A stretch of 64,000 bases of DNA from an uncultured Alphaproteobacteria bacterium (GCA_902596985.1 CACJWR010000004.1:2492-66491), one strand, 5' to 3'; numbered from the stretch's first letter, positions 29,563 to 39,724 are shown. Numbers and translations: made by a program. Notes: generated by a model not told the origin, from the sequence alone.

Positions 29563-30129
29563 ATGATCAATGAAAGCTATAAAGGAAAATTGTTGATTTC
29601 GTCGCCAGAAATATCGGATGGTATTTTTGATAAGAGCATAATCCTTATTTGTCAACATGATGCGAATGGTACGATGGGTTTTATTTTGAATAAGCCTCTT
29701 ATAAATGTTAGCTTAGAGGCGATTTGGACTAATATAGGCTACGAGAACAAAAATCGATTCTTTACTAATGAAGACGTATGCATCGGGGGACCACTGGCAT
29801 CGAATGCGATGTTTGTGATCCATTCATCTGAGTACTTTATAGACAAAAAAACGATTAAGGTTTGTGAAGAAATTTCTGTAACAGGAACCAAAGAAATTAC
29901 AGATGACATCCAGAAAGGACAAGGGCCTAGAAAAGCAATTTTTTTACTCGGTTATTCTGGCTGGATACCGGGGCAATTAGAAGACGAAATTATGAGGGAT
30001 AGTTGGTTTGTATCAGAGAAATTTCAAAACCTTATTTTCAGCGTCGATTATCAAACGAAGTGGACAGATGCCTTATTACTTATAGGAATTGATCCCTCTA
30101 AATTATCCTCATATGCAGGATCCTCCTAA
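29563..30129 (+). CDS. yqgE: YqgE/AlgH family protein (UPF0301)
   Basis: GKLLISSPEISDGIFDKSIILICQHDANGTMGFILNKP and GYSGWIPGQLEDE motifs. Confidence 0.88.
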   Translation: MINESYKGKLLISSPEISDGIFDKSIILICQHDANGTMGFILNKPLINVSLEAIWTNIGYENKNRFFTNEDVCIGGPLASNAMFVIHSSEYFIDKKTIKVCEEISVTGTKEITDDIQKGQGPRKAIFLLGYSGWIPGQLEDEIMRDSWFVSEKFQNLIFSVDYQTKWTDALLLIGIDPSKLSSYAGSS

Positions 30130-30135
30130 ATCACA

Positions 30136-31089
30136 CTATTTCGCTACAGCTCTCAATAGCCTATCGTTTATCGCTGCTCCTACACCAATTGATGGTATAG
30201 GAGCTACTTTTATAGGAACTCCACCTTTCGCTTCGCTCATTCGATCTAAAATATGAAGAAAAGTGAAAAGGTTTTTTGCGGCTTCCTCTAGGTTCTTTGA
30301 CTCAGTTAGTGTTAATCCATCAATTTCTTTTGGATGAGGCCCAAAGCTCAAAAAAATATCCCCTCTATTAGGTTTATTTTGATTAAGGAGCAATTTAGCA
30401 TCTGGTGAATAGTGCTTTAACAATTGTCCCGGACTTTTTATCTGTTTTTCTGATGGCAAGCTGGGGGCAATTTCATATTCTAAGCAACTAGATATTTCAT
30501 CCAGCGTAATATTTCCAAGTCTAAGAATGCAAGGTTTTTCTACTGAGCAGTCAACTACTGTGCTTTCTAGTCCTAGTTCGGCATCACCTCCATTGAGAAT
30601 AGCATCTATGCTATTGTTTAATTTAGCAAATACATCTCTCGGACTTGTACAGGTAAGCTTCCCTGATTTATTCGCTGAAGGCGCAGCTATGGGTTTCTCT
30701 AACTCCCGTATCAACTTGCTCGCAATAATGTTACTCGGACATCTTAAAGCTATGGTTTCTAGTTTCGCAGTAGCGGCTTCTACCACTTTCGATTTTTTCT
30801 TTTTTACTATTATGGTTAAGGGTCCAGGCCAATACTTTTTTACAAGTTTTTCAGCTGTGTAATTGAAAATCCCATATTCTTTTGCCATGTCGTAGCTAGA
30901 CACGTGAATAATTAGCGGGTTGAAACTAGGCCGTCTTTTTATTTCATATAATTTTGTTACAGCCTCTTTTGAGAAGGCATTTGCACCGAGTCCATAAACT
31001 GTCTCTGTGGGGAACGCAACAATACCATTACTAGTTAGAATCTCGGCTGCTTCTTTAATACCTTCAAGACTATTTTCAATTATCTTCAT
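30136..31089 (-). CDS. tsaC: L-threonylcarbamoyladenylate synthase (Sua5/YwlC-type TsaC)
   Basis: YrdC domain (FPTETVYGLGANA, SANKSG) plus a C-terminal Sua5 domain. Confidence 0.88.
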   Translation of the reverse strand: MKIIENSLEGIKEAAEILTSNGIVAFPTETVYGLGANAFSKEAVTKLYEIKRRPSFNPLIIHVSSYDMAKEYGIFNYTAEKLVKKYWPGPLTIIVKKKKSKVVEAATAKLETIALRCPSNIIASKLIRELEKPIAAPSANKSGKLTCTSPRDVFAKLNNSIDAILNGGDAELGLESTVVDCSVEKPCILRLGNITLDEISSCLEYEIAPSLPSEKQIKSPGQLLKHYSPDAKLLLNQNKPNRGDIFLSFGPHPKEIDGLTLTESKNLEEAAKNLFTFLHILDRMSEAKGGVPIKVAPIPSIGVGAAINDRLLRAVAK

Positions 31090-31172
31090 TTGGACAATAT
31101 GACATGTTGATTTGTAGAATTTTAAATACTAGAGTTCATTTATTAAATCAATTCATTAAAGAGTAAGAAAGA

Positions 31173-32915
31173 ATGAGTTATATCGCTCCAATAGATGAAA
31201 CAAAGTTTTGGCTATATGAAATACTGGAAGCAGAGAGGCTGTTCTCTCTTTCAAATTTCCAAGGTTTAAAGGAAGACGATTTAAATCTAATTCTTAGTGA
31301 GGCTGCTAAAATCACATCAGAAAGTATTTATCCTCTCAATCAGAAATCAGACCAAAGTCCTGCAAAACTAGAAAATGGAGTATGTCGAACAACGCCGGGC
31401 TTTGCAGAGGCATACAAGCTTTTGATTCAAGGTGGCTGGGCAGGTATTTCTGGTTCTCAGAAATATGGTGGGATGGGCTTACCATCCATAGTAACAAGTT
31501 GCTTCAATGAATATTTTGGCAGCGCATGCCTTTCATTTTCGTTATTGTTTTTAATGAATCAAGGCCAGATCGACGCTCTGGAAAATCATGCTAACGAGGA
31601 CATAAAAAATATCTTTTTACCAAAATTAAATTCTGGGGAATGGACTGGTACTATGAATTTAACAGAGCCACACGCAGGCTCAGATGTCGGCGCGTTAACA
31701 ACTAAAGCAGAAAAGAATAGTGATGGGTCTTATGCGATTACTGGCCAGAAAATTTATATTAGTTGGGGTGAACATGATTTATCAAATAATATATGTCATT
31801 TAGTTCTGGCAAGATTACCAAACTCTCCAAAAGGATCAAAGGGCGTTTCCCTTTTTATTGTGCCAAAGTATATCAAAAATAAAGAGGATGAGTGGCTTTT
31901 AGAAAATAATGTCAAGGCTATTTCGGTCGAAAAGAAAATGGGGATGCATGGATCTCCAACGGCTGTAATTGAGTATAGACAATCACGAGGTTGGCTAGTT
32001 GGTGATGAAAATGCTGGGCTACACGCAATGTTTACGATGATGAATAATGCTAGGCTGGGTGTTGGGATCGAAGGCTTGTCACAGTGCGAATTAGCCACCC
32101 AAAAAGCTTTAGAATTTGCTAGAAACCGAAAACAGGGTCATGCAAAAATTGAGAATAGGAAAGGTGTAATTCTCGATCATCCAGATGTGAGAAGAATGCT
32201 CATAACAATGAAATCGCTAACAGCAGCTGTTAGGGCTTTATGTCTTGACGCTGCACTTTCTCTGGATCTTTCTAAGTCAAATGACAAACAAACTGCGAGC
32301 AGAGAGAATGCAAGGGCCTCATTTTTAATTCCAATAGCTAAAGCGTTTTCTACAGATATTGGGTGTCGAGTAGCTGATATTGGCATACAAGTGCATGGAG
32401 GGATGGGTTACGTGGAAGAAACTGGTGTAGCACAGGTTTTACGTGATGTCAGAGTAACTGCTATTTATGAAGGGACCAATGGCATCCAAGCTATTGATCT
32501 TGTAGGAAGAAAATTGGCTGATAGCGGGAAAGCTGCCAATGGGCTAATTGATGAGATGAAATTAACAATTAGCAAATGTAGTAATCATGAAGACCAACAA
32601 ATAAGGGAGATGGGAACTAGATTATCTAAATCCTTGGTATGTTTGGAGAGCACCTTAAATTGGATGCTAAAACAAGAAGATTTTAATAATAGACTTGCAG
32701 GTGCAACTCCATTTTTACAGGCTTTTGGAATGATTTTAGGTGCAAATTATTTAGTTAAGGCAGCAATGAAAACTGACGAATTAGATAGAAAATCACTAGC
32801 TCAATTTTACTGTGTAAATATTCTTCCAGAAATGGAAGCGTATGGAGTTATAAGTCAAAGTGGACAGAAATCGCTTTATAATTTTACCGATAATTTTTTT
32901 GGGTTTTCTCAGTAA
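31173..32915 (+). CDS. long-form acyl-CoA dehydrogenase with extra N- and C-terminal domains (AidB/DmdC-like architecture)
   Basis: 580 aa with LTEPHAGSDVGAL, QVHGGMGYVEE and IYEGTNGIQAIDL motifs. Confidence 0.8.
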   Translation: MSYIAPIDETKFWLYEILEAERLFSLSNFQGLKEDDLNLILSEAAKITSESIYPLNQKSDQSPAKLENGVCRTTPGFAEAYKLLIQGGWAGISGSQKYGGMGLPSIVTSCFNEYFGSACLSFSLLFLMNQGQIDALENHANEDIKNIFLPKLNSGEWTGTMNLTEPHAGSDVGALTTKAEKNSDGSYAITGQKIYISWGEHDLSNNICHLVLARLPNSPKGSKGVSLFIVPKYIKNKEDEWLLENNVKAISVEKKMGMHGSPTAVIEYRQSRGWLVGDENAGLHAMFTMMNNARLGVGIEGLSQCELATQKALEFARNRKQGHAKIENRKGVILDHPDVRRMLITMKSLTAAVRALCLDAALSLDLSKSNDKQTASRENARASFLIPIAKAFSTDIGCRVADIGIQVHGGMGYVEETGVAQVLRDVRVTAIYEGTNGIQAIDLVGRKLADSGKAANGLIDEMKLTISKCSNHEDQQIREMGTRLSKSLVCLESTLNWMLKQEDFNNRLAGATPFLQAFGMILGANYLVKAAMKTDELDRKSLAQFYCVNILPEMEAYGVISQSGQKSLYNFTDNFFGFSQ

Positions 32916-33952
32916 TGAAAAATATAGAGTTTGTTTTTCAGGAAAGTCCTGAAGCTGGGAAACTATATGAGATCACTGAAGGCGTATATTGGTTTCCAAT
33001 GCCGTTGCCTATGATGGGACCCGACTATGTAAACTGCTACATTTTAGATAATGGGCAAGAAATAGCATTGGTAGACACAGGTGCAAACATTGGAGATTGT
33101 AAGAATATATGGGAAAATACTCTTAAAAAAAATTTTCCAAAAAAAAAAATAAGTAATGTATACGTAACACACCATCATCCTGATCATATCGGTTTGGCTG
33201 GGTGGCTGTGCGAGAAGTACGATACTGAAATGATTTGCTCTCGTACTGCCTATCTAATGGCTAAAATGCTTTCTCTAGATGTACACGAAAGGGTTAGTGC
33301 GAATACAGAGCTTTTTTGGAAGCAGGCAGGTATGTCTCAACAAATGCTTAAAGAAAAACTTAGAGCTAGGCCTTTTAATTTTGGAGATGGTGTTTCACCG
33401 CTAAATAAAGGTTTCATAAGAATAAGTGAAAATGAGATAATTACTATAAATGGGGTCGACTGGACAGTAAGCATGGGAAATGGGCACGCTCCTGAGCATG
33501 CAACTTTTTGGTCCAAAGAGTTAAATATGGTTCTTGCAGGTGATCAGGTGTTACCTGGAATCTCATCTAACCTAGGTGTTTATCCTACAGAACCGAACGC
33601 AGACACTGTAGGTGATTGGATAAACAGCTGTAAGAAATTTTTCGAGCTTGCTAGTGATGAGCATGTAGTATTACCTGGTCACGGCAAACCATTCTCTGGA
33701 CTACCCCGAAGACTATTGCAGTTAATTGAAAACCATGAAGCTGCGCTTAAAAGGATCAAGAAAGCCTTGGAAGCTGAACCAAAAACTGCTGTGGAGCTGT
33801 TCAAGACAATATTTAAAAGGGATATTAATAAAAGAGAATATATGTTAGCATTACACGAAGCGGTCGGACATGTTAATCACCTCTATAAAACTGGATTAGT
33901 TAATAGGCGTATTAGTCAAGACGGCGCATTTATTTTTGAATTGATAAGATAA
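32915..33952 (+). CDS. MBL-fold metallo-hydrolase
   Basis: THHHPDH metal motif and downstream His/Asp ligands. TAATG overlap with the preceding acyl-CoA dehydrogenase. Confidence 0.8.
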   Translation: MKNIEFVFQESPEAGKLYEITEGVYWFPMPLPMMGPDYVNCYILDNGQEIALVDTGANIGDCKNIWENTLKKNFPKKKISNVYVTHHHPDHIGLAGWLCEKYDTEMICSRTAYLMAKMLSLDVHERVSANTELFWKQAGMSQQMLKEKLRARPFNFGDGVSPLNKGFIRISENEIITINGVDWTVSMGNGHAPEHATFWSKELNMVLAGDQVLPGISSNLGVYPTEPNADTVGDWINSCKKFFELASDEHVVLPGHGKPFSGLPRRLLQLIENHEAALKRIKKALEAEPKTAVELFKTIFKRDINKREYMLALHEAVGHVNHLYKTGLVNRRISQDGAFIFELIR

Positions 33953-33967
33953 CTAGGAGTGCTACAC

Positions 33968-34099
33968 ATGAATTATAAAAAAGGTGAGATGGATATAGAA
34001 GAGCAAAAGAAAATTTACTCTGGTTTCATAAGGTTTTTATTTGCCATAGTGGCATTTTCAACATTTGCATTGATTTTTCTAGCAGTTTTCAATTCGTAG
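33968..34099 (+). CDS. aa3-type cytochrome c oxidase subunit IV (small single-TM protein; absent from the supplied ORF track)
   Basis: 43-aa ORF MNYKKGEMDIEEQKKIYSGFIRFLFAIVAFSTFALIFLAVFNS. It matches the bacterial aa3 subunit IV pattern: GEMDI.EQ..T/IY.GF.. followed by one TM helix ending FLA.F. Confidence 0.65.
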   Translation: MNYKKGEMDIEEQKKIYSGFIRFLFAIVAFSTFALIFLAVFNS

Positions 34100-34113
34100 T
34101 CGTAGATCTAAGT

Positions 34114-34320
34114 TTACAGAAGGCCTTCTCTTATCATTTTCTTTCTAGCTAACTTTCTTGCCCTTCTGACAGCTTCAGCTTTCTCTCTGGCTTTTTTTAC
34201 AGATGGCTTTTCAAAATGCTGTTTGAGTTTCATTTCCCTGAAAACTCCCTCTCGTTGTAGTTTTTTTTTCAGGGCTCTTAAAGCTTGTTCTATATTGTTA
34301 TCTCTTACGTTTACTTGCAC
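34114..34320 (-). CDS. rpsU: 30S ribosomal protein S21
   Basis: [31 protein letters not shown], with a basic C-terminus. Confidence 0.95.
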   Translation of the reverse strand: MQVNVRDNNIEQALRALKKKLQREGVFREMKLKQHFEKPSVKKAREKAEAVRRARKLARKKMIREGLL

Positions 34321-34412
34321 GCATAAATCCTTATAAAGTTTTGAATGTGATTGTTATCAAGACAGTCAGTGCTTGTCTACAAAAATAATGATTAAATAAG
34401 GAAAAAGAAGAT

Positions 34413-35396
34413 ATGAAAGCAGTAATTATTCAAAAGTTTGGAGATTTGGAGGGGTCAAGTTTAAAAACAGGCATAGATATCCCGACACCAAGTGAACACG
34501 AGGTATTAATAAAAGTAAAAGCTGCTGGGGTAAATCGCCCCGATATTTTACAAAGACAAGGGTTATATAAAGTGCCTAGCGACGCTAGCCCAATCATGGG
34601 ATTGGAGGTTGCTGGAGAGATAGTAGAGGCTGGAGTGAATGTAACAAAAACGAAGATAGGAACACAAGTGTGTGCATTGGTACCCGGAGGTGGCTACGCA
34701 CAATATGTTCTTACGAACGAAGCGCACTGTTTTCCAATTCCTAAGGGTTTATCGATGGAGGAAGCTGCAGGCTTATGTGAGTGTCTTTTCACAGTTTGGA
34801 TTAACGTGGTGAAGTTAGGCCAATTAAAAGAAAATGAAATATTTCTTGTCCATGGTGGTTCAAGTGGTATAGGAATGTTTGCAATCCAAGTGGCAAAGCA
34901 ATTGGGAGCAACGGTGCTGACGACAGTAAAAAACAAAGAAAAGTCAGATTTTTGTTATTCGTTGGGAGCTGATAAAGTTGTCCAATATTCCAAACAAGAC
35001 TTTTATAATATTTTTAAAAGTTATAAAAAGGGACGAGATATAGATCTCATTTTAGATATGATTGGAGGTGACTATTTTGAAAAAAATATTGACCTTTTAA
35101 ATCAAGAAGGAAGGCTGGTAAATATTGCTTTTCTAAAAGGTAATTCTGTAAAACTAGACTTAAGTAAATTGATGATGAAGAGAATTAATTTAACCGGCTC
35201 CACTCTCAGACCTAGAACGACTGAATTTAAAAGTAAAATCGCAGAAGAATTGCGAGAGACTGTTTGGCCATTATTGGATAAACAAAAGATTAAAGTTCAC
35301 GTAGACTCTATATTTCCATTAGAAAAATTCAAAGATGCTCATATCCGGATGGAAAATGGAAATCATTTGGGTAAGATTATATTAAGTCTTGATTGA
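34413..35396 (+). CDS. qor: NAD(P)H:quinone oxidoreductase (zeta-crystallin/MDR family)
   Basis: GVNRPDILQRQGLY, VHGGSSGIG and a C-terminal GKIIL motif. Confidence 0.85.
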   Translation: MKAVIIQKFGDLEGSSLKTGIDIPTPSEHEVLIKVKAAGVNRPDILQRQGLYKVPSDASPIMGLEVAGEIVEAGVNVTKTKIGTQVCALVPGGGYAQYVLTNEAHCFPIPKGLSMEEAAGLCECLFTVWINVVKLGQLKENEIFLVHGGSSGIGMFAIQVAKQLGATVLTTVKNKEKSDFCYSLGADKVVQYSKQDFYNIFKSYKKGRDIDLILDMIGGDYFEKNIDLLNQEGRLVNIAFLKGNSVKLDLSKLMMKRINLTGSTLRPRTTEFKSKIAEELRETVWPLLDKQKIKVHVDSIFPLEKFKDAHIRMENGNHLGKIILSLD

Positions 35397-35467
35397 CAGT
35401 GGATTTTTTTTGTATAAGCAAGATTAGATAAACGCTGATAGCAAATTAAATTGTTAGAGAGGAATGG

Positions 35468-36088
35468 ATGGAATACCCACTTATGAGGAAAGCTACAGCT
35501 GTTTGGCTGTTAGACAATACGACACTTACTTTTAGGCAAATAGCGAACTTTTGTGGGCTTCACGAATTAGAAATTAGTGGGATTGCCGACGGCGAGGTAG
35601 CTGGTGGTATTCGTGGAATTGACCCCATTATCAATAGTCAACTCACAGCAGATGAGATAAAGAAGTGTGAAGCAAATGAAGACCTAGATCTTCAGCTTTA
35701 CAAGAACCCAGCTGCGGTTGGAGAGAAAAGATCTAGGGGGCCTAAGTACACGCCTCTTTCTAAAAGACAAGATAAACCAGCAGCCATAGCCTGGCTTGTG
35801 AAATTTCATCCAGATATGACTGACGGACAAATTTCCAGACTAATCGGTACTACAAAAAATACAATTAAGGCTATAAGGGAAAGAACTCACTGGAATATAA
35901 ATAACCTGACACCAACTGATCCAGTGATATTAGGGCTCTGCAAGCAAGTAGAGCTCCAGAAAGTACTAGATAAGATGCCCAAAAAACAATCTAATGAAGC
36001 TCAGGTCAATGAGATTCTTGAAACAGAAATAGGAGTTGCAGAACCTTCCCAAGCTCTATTTGATCAAAATACTGATAAAAAACATTAA
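35468..36088 (+). CDS. DUF1013 domain protein (alphaproteobacterial cell-cycle transcriptional regulator family)
   Basis: PLMRKATAVWLLDNTTLTFRQIANFCGLHELEI is the conserved DUF1013 N-terminus. Confidence 0.8.
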   Translation: MEYPLMRKATAVWLLDNTTLTFRQIANFCGLHELEISGIADGEVAGGIRGIDPIINSQLTADEIKKCEANEDLDLQLYKNPAAVGEKRSRGPKYTPLSKRQDKPAAIAWLVKFHPDMTDGQISRLIGTTKNTIKAIRERTHWNINNLTPTDPVILGLCKQVELQKVLDKMPKKQSNEAQVNEILETEIGVAEPSQALFDQNTDKKH

Positions 36089-36108
36089 AGAAGGTGAGGG
36101 TAAGGTAT

Positions 36109-36915
36109 TTAGTAGGCTGCCTTCTCTAGTTTATTCAAAATAGATCGCCCCCCATCAATTGTGATTACCTGCCCTGTTAGGAAGCTAGCACCCTCAGATG
36201 ACAAAAATAGAGCAAGTTCTGCTACTTCTTCGGGTTCAGCTATATACCCCAATGGGGTTGCATCAATTATTGAGTCTTGTAATTCAGGATTGCTATGAAG
36301 GTTTAATCGTAAACTTGAACTCATAATACTACCAAGAGATATAGCATTTACTCTGATTCCATTTTTTGCAAGCGATACGGCAAGTGATTTAGTCAATTGG
36401 TTCAAGGCTGCGCAACTTACCGAGTATGGCATCATGTCGGGTATTGTTTGATTAGCAGCTATAGAGGTCAAATTTATTATCGAACCAACAATTTCGCTAT
36501 TTTTTCTATTTTTAGTCTGCTTAATTACTGACTTTGCAAAAAGTTGACTTACGTTCAAGGTTGCGATTAGATTTTGAGAGATAGACTTCTCGAGAGCTCC
36601 CCCTTTTTCATCCAATGGGTTTGAAGGGATAATAGTTCGATTAGCATTGACCAAAATATCTACTTTTTCATATTTATTTAATGTTGTTGCAATTAGATTA
36701 TTGATAGCCAGTTTATCTTGCATATTTCCATAAAAAGAGTGGGCACTTCCAGGATCTATGGTAACTCCAGAGATTATGTTTTCGAGATCAAATTTAACAT
36801 AATCTGAAAAAACAACATTTGCTCCTGCCAAAAGAAATTTTTTTCCAATTTCCATCCCTATTCCATTTGACGCTCCCGTAATGATGGCAGTTTTATTCTG
36901 TAAGTAGTTAAGCAT
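36109..36915 (-). CDS. SDR family oxidoreductase
   Basis: TGASNGIG, and the YSVSCAALNQLTK (YxxxA variant of YxxxK) region. Confidence 0.75.
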   Translation of the reverse strand: MLNYLQNKTAIITGASNGIGMEIGKKFLLAGANVVFSDYVKFDLENIISGVTIDPGSAHSFYGNMQDKLAINNLIATTLNKYEKVDILVNANRTIIPSNPLDEKGGALEKSISQNLIATLNVSQLFAKSVIKQTKNRKNSEIVGSIINLTSIAANQTIPDMMPYSVSCAALNQLTKSLAVSLAKNGIRVNAISLGSIMSSSLRLNLHSNPELQDSIIDATPLGYIAEPEEVAELALFLSSEGASFLTGQVITIDGGRSILNKLEKAAY

Positions 36916-36919
36916 ACTG

Positions 36920-37933
36920 TTACCTCTCGGTTTTTGGTTTTAGTAATTGACAAACAAAATAGTGATTATCTTTGTGCAAAATCTTAATATTATCGAAGTA
37001 ATTTTGAAGTTCATTTTCCAAATATACGCCTGAGACAAAAACCATCCAAACACTACCATGATCTGTTATTAACCTGGCGCTGTGAAAGATAAAGGATCTT
37101 AGTAAATCCATATCTTTAAGTCGTCCAGAGTGAAAAGGAGGATTGCAAATCACATGATTAAATCGTGCGTTTAAGTTTTTTATATTATCCAGACTAGCCC
37201 ATCTAAATTTTGCTCGTTCATCATTAATGTTCTTTTTTGATGCAAGATATGCAGAATAATTACTTTCGAATAACGTAACTTTTGTAATTTTATCATTTAA
37301 CCTAAGCGCTTCTTTACTCAAATATCCCCATCCAGCCCCTAAGTCAGCAACTTCTCCAAATAATTTTGCGTTGAATGCAGAGGTCAGTTTTTTAGAACCT
37401 TTATCTATCTCCTTTGGAGAAAACATATCGCATCGGGTATAATAGCCATCTCTATTTTTATGAAAATCTTGATATTTTTTCCAGTGGCTAAATATTTGTT
37501 TTTTTTTTTGGTATATTGCTATCCTACCCTTTTTTTTTATCATCGTTTTCTCTGCTGGCCAGTGGCTAGAGATCGTTTTGAGAAAACTTTTGACGCCAAT
37601 TTGATTATCACCGTTTATAATAACCTCTCCTTTATCCTTTATATACTCCTCAGCCAAGGCTATAAGGCCCAAATTGGTTTCTTTGCTTTTTGTCAGCTCG
37701 AGAATTATGATGTCGTAATAGTGTTGCAAAATGGTAGAAATCACAAAACCTAAACTTTTAGCTTCTCTCAAAATATCTTTTACATTTGAAATAAAGTGGC
37801 ACAAATCTTTATTCTGTAAGCAGTTGAAGTTTTGTGGTCGATCAGATCCTATAATAGCTACTTTTTGGCCTGAATAAGATGGTGCTACTTGGCTCCAAAA
37901 TGTTTCAAACCTTTGCCTTGCCAGACTATGCAA
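36920..37933 (-). CDS. class I SAM-dependent methyltransferase, RsmC/RlmG-like rRNA (guanine-N2) type
   Basis: DLGAGWGYLS SAM motif and the NPPFH catalytic motif. Confidence 0.7.
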   Translation of the reverse strand: MHSLARQRFETFWSQVAPSYSGQKVAIIGSDRPQNFNCLQNKDLCHFISNVKDILREAKSLGFVISTILQHYYDIIILELTKSKETNLGLIALAEEYIKDKGEVIINGDNQIGVKSFLKTISSHWPAEKTMIKKKGRIAIYQKKKQIFSHWKKYQDFHKNRDGYYTRCDMFSPKEIDKGSKKLTSAFNAKLFGEVADLGAGWGYLSKEALRLNDKITKVTLFESNYSAYLASKKNINDERAKFRWASLDNIKNLNARFNHVICNPPFHSGRLKDMDLLRSFIFHSARLITDHGSVWMVFVSGVYLENELQNYFDNIKILHKDNHYFVCQLLKPKTER

Positions 37934-37934
37934 T

Positions 37935-38264
37935 CTATTCCTTCTCCATGGTACACTGTAGTGGGTGCTGATTTTTTCTAGAATAGTCCATAACTTGAGT
38001 GACTTTGGTTTCGGCTATATCGTGAGAATACACGCCAACAACAGCAATACCCTTTTTATGCACAGTAAGCATTATCTGGACAGCTTTTTCGTGCCCAATG
38101 GCAAAAAATTTCTCTAAGACATGTACTACAAATTCCATAGGAGTGAAGTCATCATTTAGGAGTAAAACTTTATAAAGCGGAGGCTTTTTTAGCTTGCTGC
38201 GCTTTTTTACAAGCACTGACGTATCTGAAAAGTCATTGTTTATATCGTCATCTTTATTAGCCAT
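37935..38264 (-). CDS. clpS: ATP-dependent Clp protease adapter ClpS
   Basis: [23 protein letters not shown] and [13 protein letters not shown] motifs. Confidence 0.93.
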   Translation of the reverse strand: MANKDDDINNDFSDTSVLVKKRSKLKKPPLYKVLLLNDDFTPMEFVVHVLEKFFAIGHEKAVQIMLTVHKKGIAVVGVYSHDIAETKVTQVMDYSRKNQHPLQCTMEKE

Positions 38265-38464
38265 TCCATTTCCCGTTTTTTTATTTCATTTTTTTTCTTA
38301 GTTCAGTCTAAGTATATTTAAAAATAAAGAAAAGTATCAACTAACATTTTCTTTTGGGACCTACAATAAATTATATTTTTAAAAATTGTTGGTCTTTCTT
38401 TATTGTATATCATAAGTGAGTATTAATTGACTAAGTTATAAAATTATTTTGGAACTATAAATAA

Positions 38465-39724
38465 ATGAAAAGAAACGCATTGGATAATTATTTTAGATCG
38501 GTGATGCATTTTATTTTTACGATCCTTGCTATATTTATCTTTGGATCGGAGCTGTCCGCTAGAACTTACGCATATGTAGTTGCTGATGCCAGGGATGGCC
38601 AGATTATAAACAGCCATAATTCGAGACAAATAGTTCACCCTGCATCACTTACAAAAATGATGACTTTATATTTAGCTTTCGATGCAATACGTTATGGACG
38701 ACTAAAGTTAGATCAAAAAGTTACTATAAGTAAAAACGCGGCATCAGAACCTCCATCAAAATTTTGGTATAAACCAGGTCAGAGGGTCTCAATAAGGTAT
38801 TTAATTAGAGCATCTGCCATAAGGTCTGCCAACGATGCAGCAACAGCGCTCGGAGAGGCTATTTCAGGTTCAGAAAAAATATTTATCAGCGATATGAATA
38901 AAGCTGCAAAAAAAATGGGTATGAATTCTACAAAATTTTTGAATGCCCATGGTTTAACAGAGGTCGGCCACTATTCGACTGCTAAAGATCTGCTAATATT
39001 AGCCCGGAGACTTATGCTAGACTATCCAGAGTACTTCAATATTTTTAGTAGATTGGAAACGTATGCTTCAGGAAGAACAATAAAAAATACAAATTATAAA
39101 TTTCTGAGGCAATATAACGGTGCGTCTGGTATTAAAACAGGTTATACAAACGCAGCAGGGCATAACTTGGCAGCATCTGCTAAAAGAGATGAAAAACAGC
39201 TTATAGGAATTATAATTGGGACTAATTCTTCTTCTGAAAGAGCAAAAAAAATGATTGGGCTTTTCGATGACGCCTTCAAAGCTATTCCTGAAAGAAAGAA
39301 ATTAAGTAAGTTAACGCCACTAAATTTGGCAAAAATCAATTCAAGTCGAAAAATAGCCACTGTCACCGTCCCTCTGGCAAAACCAAGATTATTTGAAGAT
39401 ATGCTAGAGTCACAAGGAAAAGAAAAGATCAAAGAATTACTTAAAAACTCAAATCAAACTTCAAATGAAAGTATGGAGAGAAATAATGTCAATGTACAAA
39501 TCGGAATGTACAAAACTCTTGTTTCAGCAGAGAAAGATATGCCAAATATTCTTTTGTTAAATATTGATTTGCTAGCGGATATCGATAATGGATCTATAAA
39601 AATAAGAAAGAACAAGGAAAAAAAATATTCAATTTTTGTTAATGAAATTACATATGCATTAGCCGAAAATCTCTGTGTTAGAACACAGTCCCAAGAAACT
39701 TCCTGCTCTATCTTAGCAAACTAA
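38465..39724 (+). CDS. D-alanyl-D-alanine carboxypeptidase (S11) with C-terminal SPOR-like domain
   Basis: Signal peptide, SLTKMMT (SxxK), SANDAA (SxN) and KTGYT (KTG). The C-terminal VQIGMYKTLVSAEK... resembles SPOR. Confidence 0.85.
   Translation: MKRNALDNYFRSVMHFIFTILAIFIFGSELSARTYAYVVADARDGQIINSHNSRQIVHPASLTKMMTLYLAFDAIRYGRLKLDQKVTISKNAASEPPSKFWYKPGQRVSIRYLIRASAIRSANDAATALGEAISGSEKIFISDMNKAAKKMGMNSTKFLNAHGLTEVGHYSTAKDLLILARRLMLDYPEYFNIFSRLETYASGRTIKNTNYKFLRQYNGASGIKTGYTNAAGHNLAASAKRDEKQLIGIIIGTNSSSERAKKMIGLFDDAFKAIPERKKLSKLTPLNLAKINSSRKIATVTVPLAKPRLFEDMLESQGKEKIKELLKNSNQTSNESMERNNVNVQIGMYKTLVSAEKDMPNILLLNIDLLADIDNGSIKIRKNKEKKYSIFVNEITYALAENLCVRTQSQETSCSILAN

Noticed and set aside
38265-38464. 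Checked the largest intergenic gaps for tRNA, sRNA or small ORFs: 38265..38464, 51294..51540, 44770..44904 and 57665..57800.
   Set aside because: No cloverleaf-compatible sequence, extended GC-rich structure or ORF of meaningful length was found. The 57665..57800 gap is actually coding (the N-terminus of the FAD oxidoreductase).
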